A stretch of DNA of 47,218 nucleotides from Leptospira sp. (GTDB lineage: Bacteria > Spirochaetota > Leptospiria > Leptospirales > Leptospiraceae): NCBI GenBank assembly GCA_034439575.1, contig JAWXAQ010000011.1, positions 1 to 47,218 on the forward strand, in the 5' to 3' direction. Both the position numbers and the translations under genes were made by a program. The notes below the pieces were generated by a model. That model saw only the letters and a list, made by a program, of their open reading frames with translations. It searched no databases and had not been told where the DNA came from. Positions 13,151-22,688 of this stretch are shown piece after piece. Each line of letters starts with the position of its first letter. Within the stretch, counting starts at the first letter, position 1.

Positions 13151-13671
13151 TTTACTTTAAGTTTTTCTAGCTTCGATATTTCTTTTTCGACGAAAGAAGA
13201 ATAATCTTCTTTTTTGAGTTGTTTTTCCAATATTTCACCAGCGATCAGAACAGACATTTCTACAATTTGATGTTGCATTTCATTTAGAGCTTTGCCTTTC
13301 GCAAGTTCGATCTCGCGTACAGCTTGTTCTTTGGTGTGTTTGATCTCATTGTTTGTGTCTTCCATCATTTTTTGACGGAGAACGCCAGCATCACGTTTCG
13401 CTTCTTCGATGATCTTGTGAGCTTCATCGATGGCTCCGCGTAATTTATCTTGGTAGTCTTTGAGGGACTTTTCAGCTTCTTTTCTTAGGGCCTCAGCTTT
13501 ATCGATATCCCCTTGAATCCCCGAAGATCTCTCTTCAAGGGCATGAAGAATTTTATCCCAGGCAAACTTTTTAAGGACGAGAACAACAATAAGGAAAGTA
13601 AACAGGGTCCAGACAACTAGACCCGGGTTGACTTTCAGCAAATTGAAGCCTGAAGCCGGAAGGAGTACCAA
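13147..13671 (-). CDS. atpF: ATP synthase F0 subunit b
   Basis: N-terminal TM, LKKFAW, long coiled coil; TTG start. Confidence 0.95.
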   Translation of the reverse strand: MVLLPASGFNLLKVNPGLVVWTLFTFLIVVLVLKKFAWDKILHALEERSSGIQGDIDKAEALRKEAEKSLKDYQDKLRGAIDEAHKIIEEAKRDAGVLRQKMMEDTNNEIKHTKEQAVREIELAKGKALNEMQHQIVEMSVLIAGEILEKQLKKEDYSSFVEKEISKLEKLKVK

Positions 13672-13673
13672 GA

Positions 13674-13967
13674 CTATTTTCCTTGTTCTACGTTAGTTGC
13701 AGGAGCTACAGCAGCAGGGATTGTTTTATCAATCGAGCCGTTGAGTTTAAGTGCAATAAGAAGAGCGATAACCACTGCGAAAAGTGCCGCACCTTCGATC
13801 ATACCAGCTGCTACGTAAAGTACTAACTGAATTTTTCCAGCTGCTTCTGGTTGGCGGCTAATGCTTTCTGCCACTGATCCACCAATTCTACCAATTCCAA
13901 TACCTGCGCCAAGCAATGCAAGGCCAGCTGCGAGTCCTACTCCGATGTATCCTAGACCGAATTCCAT
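13674..13967 (-). CDS. atpE: ATP synthase F0 subunit c
   Basis: [11 protein letters not shown] loop, conserved carboxylate in MIEGAALF. Confidence 0.97.
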   Translation of the reverse strand: MEFGLGYIGVGLAAGLALLGAGIGIGRIGGSVAESISRQPEAAGKIQLVLYVAAGMIEGAALFAVVIALLIALKLNGSIDKTIPAAVAPATNVEQGK

Positions 13968-14016
13968 TTTTTTCGTTTCACTCCTATGTGTTTTATAATA
14001 TAAATAAAACCAAAAT

Positions 14017-15069
14017 CTAATGTCGGTGCATCACTGTTCCAATAAAAACAGTTGTTAGCAACGAGAATATAAACGCCTGTAAGAAGGCGACAAGTAACTC
14101 TAAAAAGTAAATCATCACTGAACTGAGAACGGAAACGGGAGCAATGAAATAACTTTGGCTCATAAAAATAAAGCCGAGTAAGGCAAGAATCATAACGTGT
14201 CCTGCTGTCATATTCGCAAGTAACCTCATCGTGAGGGCAAAGGAACGAGCGATGTGAGTGACCGCAAATTCCAAAACCCACATAAGTGGCCAGAGCGGAA
14301 GAGGAACACCTTTTGGTACGGCATGTGCCACAAAGGAAACACCTTGGTAAGAAAATGCAGTCCCATAAATAATCAAAAGAGTTAATGAGGCAAGTGCCAG
14401 TGTGACACCGATGTCTCCAGTGGGAGTGATCCCTGACCAAACTTCACCAAATGTATGGAGTGCATGTGGCGTATGCGCAATGACACCAAACGAAACGAGA
14501 AGGTCCGAACCAGCTACTGTCAATTCCCCAACGGAAGGAATCAGGCCAAAGAGATTACAAAAAAGGATAAAGAAAAACAAACTGAAGATGTAATGGTAAT
14601 AGGAATGCCCGTGGTGCTCTAAAGAGGAATCCACAACATTTTCTTTTAAGTAAGATATAAAGGCTTCTACGCCCGAAGCAAATTTATTTCCTACTTTTCG
14701 TGGATTTTTGGAAATCAAACTAGCCGCAGGAATGAATACGAGAAAAAGGAAAAACGAAGCAATCCACATCATAGTGACTCGCTTTGTAATGTGCATATCA
14801 AAACCACCTAGGTAGTGGTATTTTTTTCCATGCTCATCGAACACATCGTAGTGTTCCGCATCAAAGCCAGATTGGCCCTCGAAGACTTTCTCTCCACCAA
14901 AATTAAGAGGAAATATAGGTGCGTCTCCCAAATGGTGCGCCATGACTTCGCTGAAATCAAAGGATTCCTCGGAATCGGCTCCCGATGGAGTCGCACTCAA
15001 ACTTGAGAAAGTTAAAAAAAAGATAAAGGAAAGTGTTAAAAAAAACCGATTTTTATAGTTATTTTCCAC
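14017..15069 (-). CDS. atpB: ATP synthase F0 subunit a (with N-terminal extension)
   Basis: NLFGLIP, ALTMRLLANMTAGH, LQAFIF. Confidence 0.97.
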   Translation of the reverse strand: MENNYKNRFFLTLSFIFFLTFSSLSATPSGADSEESFDFSEVMAHHLGDAPIFPLNFGGEKVFEGQSGFDAEHYDVFDEHGKKYHYLGGFDMHITKRVTMMWIASFFLFLVFIPAASLISKNPRKVGNKFASGVEAFISYLKENVVDSSLEHHGHSYYHYIFSLFFFILFCNLFGLIPSVGELTVAGSDLLVSFGVIAHTPHALHTFGEVWSGITPTGDIGVTLALASLTLLIIYGTAFSYQGVSFVAHAVPKGVPLPLWPLMWVLEFAVTHIARSFALTMRLLANMTAGHVMILALLGFIFMSQSYFIAPVSVLSSVMIYFLELLVAFLQAFIFSLLTTVFIGTVMHRH

Positions 15070-15445
15070 TGAAATAGCTCGCTATTACAAGGAATAGAAG
15101 GTGTAAGAAATAGGCAATTAAAAATCCAAGTATTGATTCAAAAGGATACTCCAAGAAAACCATTGCCGAAAGAACTCCGAGATTGATGAAAAAAAAGAGA
15201 GGGACTGTAAATAAAGGAAATCCCGATTCACCGAGACTTGGTTTAAAGCGAGGCAAAAACCTGAGTTCCGTTGCCAATAATTGTATGAAAAATGAGATAC
15301 CAATACCTAAATAAAATACAAAAACAAATGCTGGCAAAACCCAAATATTTACGAGCGGATAAGAGGCAAGAGCAACAAATAAAAGATAGGTGAAGTAATG
15401 AAGATGAAATTTTTTAAGATTAATAGTGTATAAGTCCACATGCAA
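15059..15445 (-). CDS. 4-TM membrane protein, AtpI-like by position
   Basis: 128 aa hydrophobic ORF overlapping the atpB start. Confidence 0.6.
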   Translation of the reverse strand: MHVDLYTINLKKFHLHYFTYLLFVALASYPLVNIWVLPAFVFVFYLGIGISFFIQLLATELRFLPRFKPSLGESGFPLFTVPLFFFINLGVLSAMVFLEYPFESILGFLIAYFLHLLFLVIASYFSGK

Positions 15446-15492
15446 AACGTTTCGAAATTTGAAATGGAAGTCAAGGACAAACTTATTTAAAA

Positions 15493-15930
15493 TTAACTTT
15501 GATTTGGTGAAATCAGTTCCAATATTTTTTTTAAGTTTATTGCTTCCGATTCAACCAATCCAGATTTACAAAAAATTTGAAACGGAATTTCTACTGCCTT
15601 ATCTTTCAATGACATACCTTTTTTAGTGGCGCTAACTATAAGTTGTCTTTTGTCTAAATGGCTCTGTTTCCTTGAAACGTAACCTAGCTTTTCTAGGCGT
15701 TTTAAAAGAGGCGTGAGCGTTCCCGAATCAAGTGATAACCTCTCACCCAGACCATTTACAGTGACAGGATGAGACTCCCACATAACTAACATTACAAGAT
15801 ATTGTGGGTAAGTGAGTTTTAGTGCCTTTAATATCGGACGATACAATCGTATCATCCGATTTGCGGCAGTATAAAGAGCAAAACAAATTTGATTTTCTAA
15901 TTTTAAGCTATTATCTTCAATCTTTACCAA
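15493..15930 (-). CDS. ohrR: MarR family regulator, OhrR-like
   Basis: LENQICFALY (redox Cys), LTYPQYLVM, LDSGTLTPLLKRLE. Confidence 0.88.
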   Translation of the reverse strand: MVKIEDNSLKLENQICFALYTAANRMIRLYRPILKALKLTYPQYLVMLVMWESHPVTVNGLGERLSLDSGTLTPLLKRLEKLGYVSRKQSHLDKRQLIVSATKKGMSLKDKAVEIPFQIFCKSGLVESEAINLKKILELISPNQS

Positions 15931-16405
15931 TCAATGCCTCTATGTCCTTCTCTATATCTTCCGGTTTGGTGATTGGCGCATAACGTTTAACAACCTTGCC
16001 ATTTTTATCCACTAAAAATTTAGTGAAATTCCACTTTATATCATTAAATCCCAATAATCCAGGTGCACTCTTTTTTAAATGATTAAAGAGTGGATCCGTA
16101 TTTGGTCCATTGACTTCAATTTTAGAAAAAATGGGAAATGTAGTATTAAATGTCCGTTCACAAAATAATTTGATTTCACTGTCCGAACCCGGTTCTTGTT
16201 CTCCAAATTGGTTGCAAGGAAAGGCCAAAATTTCTAATCCCTTTGGATTAAATCTTTCATAAGTTTCTTGCAAGCCTTTGTATTGTGGTGTGAACCCGCA
16301 CTGGCTTGCTGTATTGACTATGAGTAATACTTTGTCTTTGTATTTTGATAATGGAACTTGTTCTGGTCCTCTTTTGACTTCGATATCGTAAATGTTTTCT
16401 TTCAT
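15917..16405 (-). CDS. Glutathione peroxidase (Cys type)
   Basis: VNTASQCGFTPQY, FPCNQFGEQEP, IKWNFTKFL. Confidence 0.96.
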   Translation of the reverse strand: MKENIYDIEVKRGPEQVPLSKYKDKVLLIVNTASQCGFTPQYKGLQETYERFNPKGLEILAFPCNQFGEQEPGSDSEIKLFCERTFNTTFPIFSKIEVNGPNTDPLFNHLKKSAPGLLGFNDIKWNFTKFLVDKNGKVVKRYAPITKPEDIEKDIEALIGKD

Positions 16406-16432
16406 GGTAGCTCCGATAAATTAGACTTTCAG

Positions 16433-16458
16433 AAATTAGATTGTGCACAACTTAATTT
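16433..16458. promoter_or_regulatory. Putative OhrR operator
   Basis: Imperfect 26-bp palindrome AAATTAGA-TTGTGCACAA-CTTAATTT just upstream of gpx-ohrR. Confidence 0.6.
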
Positions 16459-16512
16459 TTAAAATTGGGGGAGAATACTTGAGGCATTGCGGAATTTGGT
16501 TGGATGTGCTTA

Positions 16513-16554
16513 TCCCCGCCCGATTTGGGTGGGGAACTAGACCCGCCACCCAAT
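16513..16554. repeat. GC-rich REP-like palindrome
   Basis: TCCCCGCCC-GATTT-GGGTGGGGA hairpin plus a downstream CCACCCAA able to pair alternatively with TTGGGTGG. Confidence 0.5.
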
Positions 16555-16574
16555 GACATCTCTCTAACATAATA

Positions 16575-16602
16575 TTTACCCTTTTACAAGCAAAAGGGTA
16601 AA
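16575..16602 (-). terminator. Hairpin downstream of ilvB
   Basis: TTTACCCTTTT-ACAAGC-AAAAGGGTAAA perfect 11-bp stem. Confidence 0.5.
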
Positions 16603-16643
16603 ATTCATAAAATTAAATAAATTAGATTCGCCTTTCTGCCTAA

Positions 16644-18341
16644 TTAATTTAAGACCTCTTCTCTAAGAAGAAATTCCTGATTGGACTTTCCACCGGGAAC
16701 AAATGGAAAAACACCATCTCCCTCTGGAATAGAAATCTCAATTAATCTAGGCCCAATTTCATTAATAGCAGAAATTAATTTTTCCTCGCTTTCACCTAAT
16801 GTGCATGATATGGCAGGTATTCCGAAACTTTCCGCTAGGGCTATAAAATTTGGTTGGAATTCAAATAATGAGCCAGATTTTCTATCTCCATAAAAAAGCT
16901 CCTGTTGTTGGCGTACGAGTCCCAAATGTTTGTTATTTAAAATTATGATTTTTACATTGGCGTTTAATTCGCGTAATGTGGCAAGTTCCTGGATGTTCAT
17001 CATGATAGATCCATCTCCCGTGATACAATAAACATTTGCTTCCGTATTTTCTATAGCTACGCCGATCGCTGTCGGCAATCCAAATCCCATAGTACCTTGT
17101 CCGCCAGAGGTGATCCAACATTTAGCAGAAGGAAACGGAAAAAATTGCGCTGTCCACATTTGGTGTTGTCCAACATCGGTTAAAATAAAATCTCCCTTTT
17201 TAAATAATTCGCCTAAGCTTAATAAAAATTTTTCAATTGGCAATTTAGCATTTGTTTTACGACTAAAATAATTTTCATTGAGTCTATTTTTATTTGTCCA
17301 AGGTTCCTTTTTAGCAAAATTCTCAATTGATAATTTTGTATTTTTTAAAAAGAATCCTATATCACCTAACCAAGATAAATCTGGAATTTTATTTTTACCG
17401 ATTTCTTTTCTGTCAATATCAATATGTACAATCTTTGCTTGAGGACAAAAAGTATCTATATTGCCTGTGGCTCTATCATCAAAACGAACTCCCAGAGCGA
17501 TTAACAAATCACATTCTCCGAGTGCCAGATTCGCTTCAATAGAACCATGCATACCCATCATTCCTAAAAATAATGGATCATGGGAAGAAAATATCCCTAG
17601 TCCCATAAGAGTGGAAACGACTGGAATATTCATTTGATTTATAAAATCATACATTTGATCTGCGTATTTTTTGGCACCTCCACCGATATAAAATAAAGGT
17701 TTATTTGCTTCTAACAGATATTTATCGAAGTGATTCAAAAATGCATTAAACATAATTTCCGTTTCATGAAGAGGAATGGCATCAATTTTTAATTCAATTG
17801 GTTTATATTTCAAATCCTGAAAGAAGGAGATATCTAAACTTGCATTTTGAATGTCTTTGGGTAAATCAATCCAAACAGGACCAGGTCTCCCTTCTTTCGC
17901 CAATTGATACGCCTCTTCCAAAATATATGGAACGAGACTCGGATCAGTAATACAATAGTTAGCTTTTGTAAAATGACTTACGATTGATTTTGTTGGTAAT
18001 TCTTGAAAGGCATTGGTTCCGATTAAATTTGTGGGTACCTGTCCTGAAAAAATCAATAAGGGAACTGAATCACTATAGGCATCAGAAACGGCTGTTAAGA
18101 GATTCGCAACTCCAGGTCCAGAGGATACCAAACAAGCGGCGACTTTTCCTGTGGAACGAGCCATTCCTTGGGCGATAAAACCAGCTCCTTGTTCATGCCT
18201 TGCTAAAATATGCCTTAATTTGCTTTTTGCTAAGGCGTCATAGATAGGTAATATGGTTCCTCCAGGGATTCCTGGAATTGTCGTTATACCTTTTGATAAT
18301 AAAAATTGAATGATATATTCTGCAACGGTCTCTTCCATCAC
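16644..18341 (-). CDS. ilvB: Acetolactate synthase large subunit (biosynthetic type)
   Basis: GIPGG, RHEQGAGF, SGPG, FQE, GMHG, RFDDR, DVGQHQMW, GDGSIMMN...NN. Confidence 0.95.
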   Translation of the reverse strand: MMEETVAEYIIQFLLSKGITTIPGIPGGTILPIYDALAKSKLRHILARHEQGAGFIAQGMARSTGKVAACLVSSGPGVANLLTAVSDAYSDSVPLLIFSGQVPTNLIGTNAFQELPTKSIVSHFTKANYCITDPSLVPYILEEAYQLAKEGRPGPVWIDLPKDIQNASLDISFFQDLKYKPIELKIDAIPLHETEIMFNAFLNHFDKYLLEANKPLFYIGGGAKKYADQMYDFINQMNIPVVSTLMGLGIFSSHDPLFLGMMGMHGSIEANLALGECDLLIALGVRFDDRATGNIDTFCPQAKIVHIDIDRKEIGKNKIPDLSWLGDIGFFLKNTKLSIENFAKKEPWTNKNRLNENYFSRKTNAKLPIEKFLLSLGELFKKGDFILTDVGQHQMWTAQFFPFPSAKCWITSGGQGTMGFGLPTAIGVAIENTEANVYCITGDGSIMMNIQELATLRELNANVKIIILNNKHLGLVRQQQELFYGDRKSGSLFEFQPNFIALAESFGIPAISCTLGESEEKLISAINEIGPRLIEISIPEGDGVFPFVPGGKSNQEFLLREEVLN

Positions 18342-18344
18342 CTA

Positions 18345-18404
18345 CTCCTTTTTTTCTCCCCACGAGGAATCGCTTCCTGTCTTGTGGGGAGCGAATTAAA
18401 AGGC
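18345..18404 (-). promoter_or_regulatory. Leader hairpin abutting the ilvB Shine-Dalgarno
   Basis: Minus strand CTCCCCAC...GGAA-GCGA-TTCC...GTGGGGAG followed by AAAAAAAGGAG; an upstream CCTTTT could extend the stem over AAAAGG. Confidence 0.55.
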
Positions 18405-18406
18405 TC

Positions 18407-18529
18407 TTAAAGTGACAGAAAGCTAAGGGTTATAGGTAGAGTGACGACGACGAGAAGTGTGAGGGCATAGGACAACATTACGAGAGATACGTTTGTAAAA
18501 ACGGTATTTTGTAATGATGATGTAAACAT
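18407..18529 (-). CDS. Putative ilvB attenuator leader peptide (40 aa)
   Basis: Translated by hand: MFTSSLQNTVFTNVSLVMLSYALTLLVVVTLPITLSFLSL*, with a CTT CTC GTC GTC GTC run; not in the ORF track. Confidence 0.65.
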   Translation of the reverse strand: MFTSSLQNTVFTNVSLVMLSYALTLLVVVTLPITLSFLSL

Positions 18530-18590
18530 ACTTAGGATTAGCATTTTGTTATATGGATTTTGGTCAATATTTTTTCCCTCTTAACGCAAG

Positions 18591-18700
18591 CGATCAACGC
18601 GGAAATCCCTTCCGAATTTAAACTAAATCTTTGTTTCAGTGAATGAATGTATTTGTTTTTAGAAATTTCTGGAAGGATTGTAGCGGCGAGCGCGGTCGGT
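18591..18700 (-). repeat. REP-like bipartite palindromic element (copy 1)
   Basis: Reverse complement ACCGACCGCGCTCGCCGCTACAATCCTTC...GGAAGGGATTTCCGCGTTGATCG matches the element at 42876-42962. Confidence 0.7.
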
Positions 18701-18751
18701 ATTAGGCGAGATAATTGTATTCTAAAAATTCGATGCGCCCAGATATGTGAA

Positions 18752-18961
18752 CTATTCTTCGTTTTCTTTAGCGCGTTTGATTAGAATATAAAATGCGTAG
18801 GCAAAACCGATAAAAAAATTAATGAGCAAACAAAAAGGCGTAGTTTTAAAATATTCATCTGCGTAATATCCAATCACGACAAATAATGCAATGGAACTGA
18901 CAAATTCAAATCCCACGCCCGCCATAGCCATGGGAGATTTGTTTTTATTGTCGCCTGACAT
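18752..18961 (-). CDS. AtpZ/AtpI-family (ATPase gene 1) 2-TM protein
   Basis: GFEFVSSIALFVVIGYYADEYFKTTP motif typical of the family. Confidence 0.8.
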   Translation of the reverse strand: MSGDNKNKSPMAMAGVGFEFVSSIALFVVIGYYADEYFKTTPFCLLINFFIGFAYAFYILIKRAKENEE

Positions 18962-18965
18962 ACGT

Positions 18966-20012
18966 TTATTTTAGAAGGCGCCCAATTCGATTCCAGCGAA
19001 CTTGCAATCTCCATAGGCGATATTGAAGTGTTCTTCCAATCCAACCAAAACGAGATTCTTCGACTTGGTATCTATCTTCATCATAACGAGAGGAATATAC
19101 TTCACTTGGATGGCATCTCTTCTCTAGTTCTTCGCCTTCATAGCGTTCTGCGATCTCTTTGCCTTTTTCTGCCAATTCTTTGCCATCTTTGTATTCACAG
19201 GTAAAGTCTTTCCAATCGATGGAAAAATAAATGATAAGTGCTTTTCCAAGAATATCTTCCCTGGGCACGAAACCCCAAGCACGGGAATCATGTGAATCAT
19301 CCCGATTATCTCCCATCACCATATAGTGGCCTTCTGGGATTAAACATCCTTTATCAAAATCACAATTATAACCAGAGCGAAATAAATGACGATCATCCTC
19401 TGAAGTTTCTAAAACAAGATGTTCAAAGTCGCGTTTTTTTTCGAGAAATAAGGATCCTTGAGTCGCATCTACGTTATCTAAGTCGTTAAGCTCTTCGCCT
19501 ATCGGAACAGAAGTTGGTGAATAATTTTTAAATTCGTTACTACCGTTCTCTTTGTATTCAATCTGAGCATAAATGACTGATCTTCTTCCTTTAACAGGAA
19601 TTTCATTTCGAGTTATTCGTATCGAATCGCCCGGGATTCCAATCACACGTTTTACGAAACGTTTTGCAAAAATGCCAGATCTGGATTCTTCACTAGGCAA
19701 TGCGTTAGCTGGAGGGATAAAAGTGACGATATCACCTCGCTTCGGTTCGTCGATACGAATCAATTCCTTTTCCGTAAATGGCATTCGAATCGAATAACGC
19801 ATTTTATTTACAAATAAAAAATCCCCGATTTTTAAAGTAGGAATCATGGAACCAGATGGAATGTTATTTGCGTCTAGAATGGATGATTTAAAAGCGAAGA
19901 CTAAGACAACGATCATAACGAAGGACAAAGTGGAGGCGATTACCCCTTCTTTAGGTTCTTCTTTTTTGGTTTGTTTTGGTATAGTTTGATTTTTTGAGGA
20001 AAAAATTCCCAT
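18966..20012 (-). CDS. lepB: Signal peptidase I
   Basis: IPSGSMIPTL, FVKRVIGIPGD, MGDNRDDSHDSR; start reassigned to the ATG at 20012. Confidence 0.95.
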   Translation of the reverse strand: MGIFSSKNQTIPKQTKKEEPKEGVIASTLSFVMIVVLVFAFKSSILDANNIPSGSMIPTLKIGDFLFVNKMRYSIRMPFTEKELIRIDEPKRGDIVTFIPPANALPSEESRSGIFAKRFVKRVIGIPGDSIRITRNEIPVKGRRSVIYAQIEYKENGSNEFKNYSPTSVPIGEELNDLDNVDATQGSLFLEKKRDFEHLVLETSEDDRHLFRSGYNCDFDKGCLIPEGHYMVMGDNRDDSHDSRAWGFVPREDILGKALIIYFSIDWKDFTCEYKDGKELAEKGKEIAERYEGEELEKRCHPSEVYSSRYDEDRYQVEESRFGWIGRTLQYRLWRLQVRWNRIGRLLK

Positions 20013-20117
20013 ACTGGTGAGGCTAGATTTACGGAAAAATCTGTCAACCCGAGGAAAAAAAGAGAGAAAGACTTGTACTATTCTTTGTAATTTCCGATAC
20101 CTACCTTGAGGCAATGT

Positions 20118-20909
20118 ATGGAAAAGAACCTTCTCTCTCTGCGTAAAACATTGAATGAAATGAAGGAAAGTTATGCCTTCGTTTGTTTGAAAACAGGTAC
20201 AGAAACCGAAGACATGGGAGAGGCCGAAATCTTCCTATTACAGACCATTGCCAATGGAATTCTGCCACTTTCAGTGAAAATTGGTGGCCCCGAAGCAAGA
20301 AATGATATCCGCATTTGCCAAAGAATCGGGGTTTCGGGAATTTCAGCACCTATGGTTGAATCTGAGTATGCACTTAAAAATTTTATCGGGACTTTAAAAA
20401 ATCTAATCCCCAGTCATGAGTATGAAAAATTAAAAAAAGCCATTAATTTAGAAACTATTACTGGATATAGAAATTTATTGGATATATTTGATTCCCCTGC
20501 TTTTTCGGATTTAACACAAGTAACAGCTGCTCGTTCCGATTTATCGGCTAGCATGGACAAAAAGCCGGATGATCCAGATGTGACTCGCATTTCAAAAAAG
20601 ATCATCCAAGAAGCTAAAAGTCGTGGTAAGATAACATCCGTTGGTGGCACAATAACCAAAACAAATTTGTCATTGATCGCCGAAGAGATCCAACCCGATT
20701 TCATAAATTCCCGTCATGTGATGGTTGATACACAAAGAGCCATGTCGATCGGTGCCAGTGACGTCGCCGAATGTATGCTTGTATTCGAAATGGACCTATA
20801 TGAGACCTTCTCCAAGGCATTTCCCGAAAAAGGTTATTATTATAGAAATAGAGTCGAAATCAATCGTGAACGAATCGGGGAAAGAAAAGTTCTTTACTTT
20901 ATTCGTTAG
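20118..20909 (+). CDS. HpcH/HpaI aldolase / citrate-lyase-like TIM-barrel protein
   Basis: VKIGGPEA, APMVES, INLET, RSDLSASM; ATG at 20118 with GAGG RBS. Confidence 0.75.
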   Translation: MEKNLLSLRKTLNEMKESYAFVCLKTGTETEDMGEAEIFLLQTIANGILPLSVKIGGPEARNDIRICQRIGVSGISAPMVESEYALKNFIGTLKNLIPSHEYEKLKKAINLETITGYRNLLDIFDSPAFSDLTQVTAARSDLSASMDKKPDDPDVTRISKKIIQEAKSRGKITSVGGTITKTNLSLIAEEIQPDFINSRHVMVDTQRAMSIGASDVAECMLVFEMDLYETFSKAFPEKGYYYRNRVEINRERIGERKVLYFIR

Positions 20910-22688
20910 GTGATTTATTTATTTGTTTTAGTTAGCTTTTATTCGAGTCTCCTTTTTTTTCTACCAATTTCACTTCACAAGCCCTTCCATGCAGGGCTTT
21001 TTCTTTTTTTAGTCCTTATCTCGGGGTATACATATTTTAGATCCAAAAAAGATAAACAAGGCCTTGTCTTAGATTTTTTTTATTCGATTGATAGACAAAT
21101 TTTATCTTCCAGTAAAGGGAACATAAAATCCGTGTTCATTTTTACTCTTATATGTTACATTCTATCATTTAGCTGGCATTATTATCAATTATGTTTAGCC
21201 TTTGCGAATTCGCTTTCCTTTCATGATGCAGATTATGTTGGTATGCAAGAAGTTATCCGTAGTTTGGGCCGAAGAGATTTTTACCTTTCCAGATATTATT
21301 CTAATTCGGGAGAAGGATCTTACCTCAGTCATCATTTTGCACCAGCCCTGGTATTGTTTTTACCTTTCGAATATATAATGCCTGATAGATGGGGTTATGC
21401 CATTGGGATACTTTTTTATTATTTGTTTGGAATCCTACTTTGGGCAAGTATACTTTGGAAAAAATTTAATGCCCAATTCTTAACGATAAACGATGACAGC
21501 CATTATAAAAAACTGAGTATGGATGTTGAAAATAAATCACAAAATTATATTCATCAAATTCCTATATTTTTCCTTATTATTTTTTGTTTATTCAATTCCG
21601 TTTATCTTTATAGACTGGGAACAAGTTTTCATTTTGAAGTACTTGTGATACCCCTCTCCGCTTTATTCTTTGCTTCTTATGAAAGATGGAAACATGATAA
21701 AACTAAAAAAAGATTAACTAGCGTCATACTATCATTAACATTCTTTCTTATGATAAAGGAAGATATAAGTATCTATTTGATGCTCTTTTTGATACCTTTT
21801 ATATGTAAGGAAAGTTTTGATCTCAGCAAACAAAAGATTTTTTATAAAATCAAATTTCAATTTTCCAAATTCTATACCTCTCCTGTGACACTTATTTTTA
21901 TTTTCTGCTTACTATATTCTAGTTTTACAATGTTTGTTCTTCCATATTTTTTTCATCCAACTGATAGGATGACTTGGATCGGTGCTTTAACTCAAAATTA
22001 TGGCGAGGAATATAAAAAAGTAACTGGCTTTAGCAAAACGATACGTATTTTTTTTGAACTTATGATCAGTGCTGGCTTTGGTTTTGTAAGTAATGTAAAT
22101 ATATTTATAGGACTTACTTCAATTTATTTAACCCATGTTTTTTCCGAAAGGCCATGGCACCATGAAGTTTATTCTTATTACTGTTATACGATAGTTCCAT
22201 TTTTATTGTATTCTAGTTATTTGTGGATAAAAGAGAAAAAAAATATTCCTCATTGGATGGCCTTAGTCATTTTAGCTTTGGTGGTATGGAAAAATAGCCA
22301 AGATACCAATTATCCTTTAAATCCAACACAAGTACAGAACCGAATGATGGTAAATTCGGGAATTCAGACTAAGGGCAATTTAAAAAATCAGATCAAAGAA
22401 GAATTAGATGAGCAAATGCAAACCCTCGTTGTATCAAAAGATGCTTATCTTTTTTCACAATACAATCTATCATTTTTTCTACCCAAAGAAAATGCACTCC
22501 TCCCCTTATCAAAATTGGAATTACAAGATAAATTGTGTCAAAAAAAAGAGTGTTATTTGATTTTGGCGCCTAAGCTAACATTTGATATATTGGTTACTGA
22601 GAAAAAATTAAAAACCATTAGCGAAAATATACATAATGGTAATAAATTGTATCAAGGTGAAATGATTGAAATATGGAAGCTAAACTAA
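20910..22688 (+). CDS. DUF2079-like polytopic membrane protein (GT-C-like)
   Basis: SYLSHHFAP, FHFEVL, LMIKED, HxxxxYY motifs; many TM segments. Confidence 0.7.
   Translation: MIYLFVLVSFYSSLLFFLPISLHKPFHAGLFLFLVLISGYTYFRSKKDKQGLVLDFFYSIDRQILSSSKGNIKSVFIFTLICYILSFSWHYYQLCLAFANSLSFHDADYVGMQEVIRSLGRRDFYLSRYYSNSGEGSYLSHHFAPALVLFLPFEYIMPDRWGYAIGILFYYLFGILLWASILWKKFNAQFLTINDDSHYKKLSMDVENKSQNYIHQIPIFFLIIFCLFNSVYLYRLGTSFHFEVLVIPLSALFFASYERWKHDKTKKRLTSVILSLTFFLMIKEDISIYLMLFLIPFICKESFDLSKQKIFYKIKFQFSKFYTSPVTLIFIFCLLYSSFTMFVLPYFFHPTDRMTWIGALTQNYGEEYKKVTGFSKTIRIFFELMISAGFGFVSNVNIFIGLTSIYLTHVFSERPWHHEVYSYYCYTIVPFLLYSSYLWIKEKKNIPHWMALVILALVVWKNSQDTNYPLNPTQVQNRMMVNSGIQTKGNLKNQIKEELDEQMQTLVVSKDAYLFSQYNLSFFLPKENALLPLSKLELQDKLCQKKECYLILAPKLTFDILVTEKKLKTISENIHNGNKLYQGEMIEIWKLN

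Noticed and set aside
13674-13967. Na+-translocating ATP synthase
   Set aside because: The c subunit has IEGA rather than the ES/T Na+-binding signature.
18345-18391. Classical intrinsic attenuator terminator before ilvB
   Set aside because: On the coding strand the hairpin is followed by an A-run and the SD, not a U-tract.
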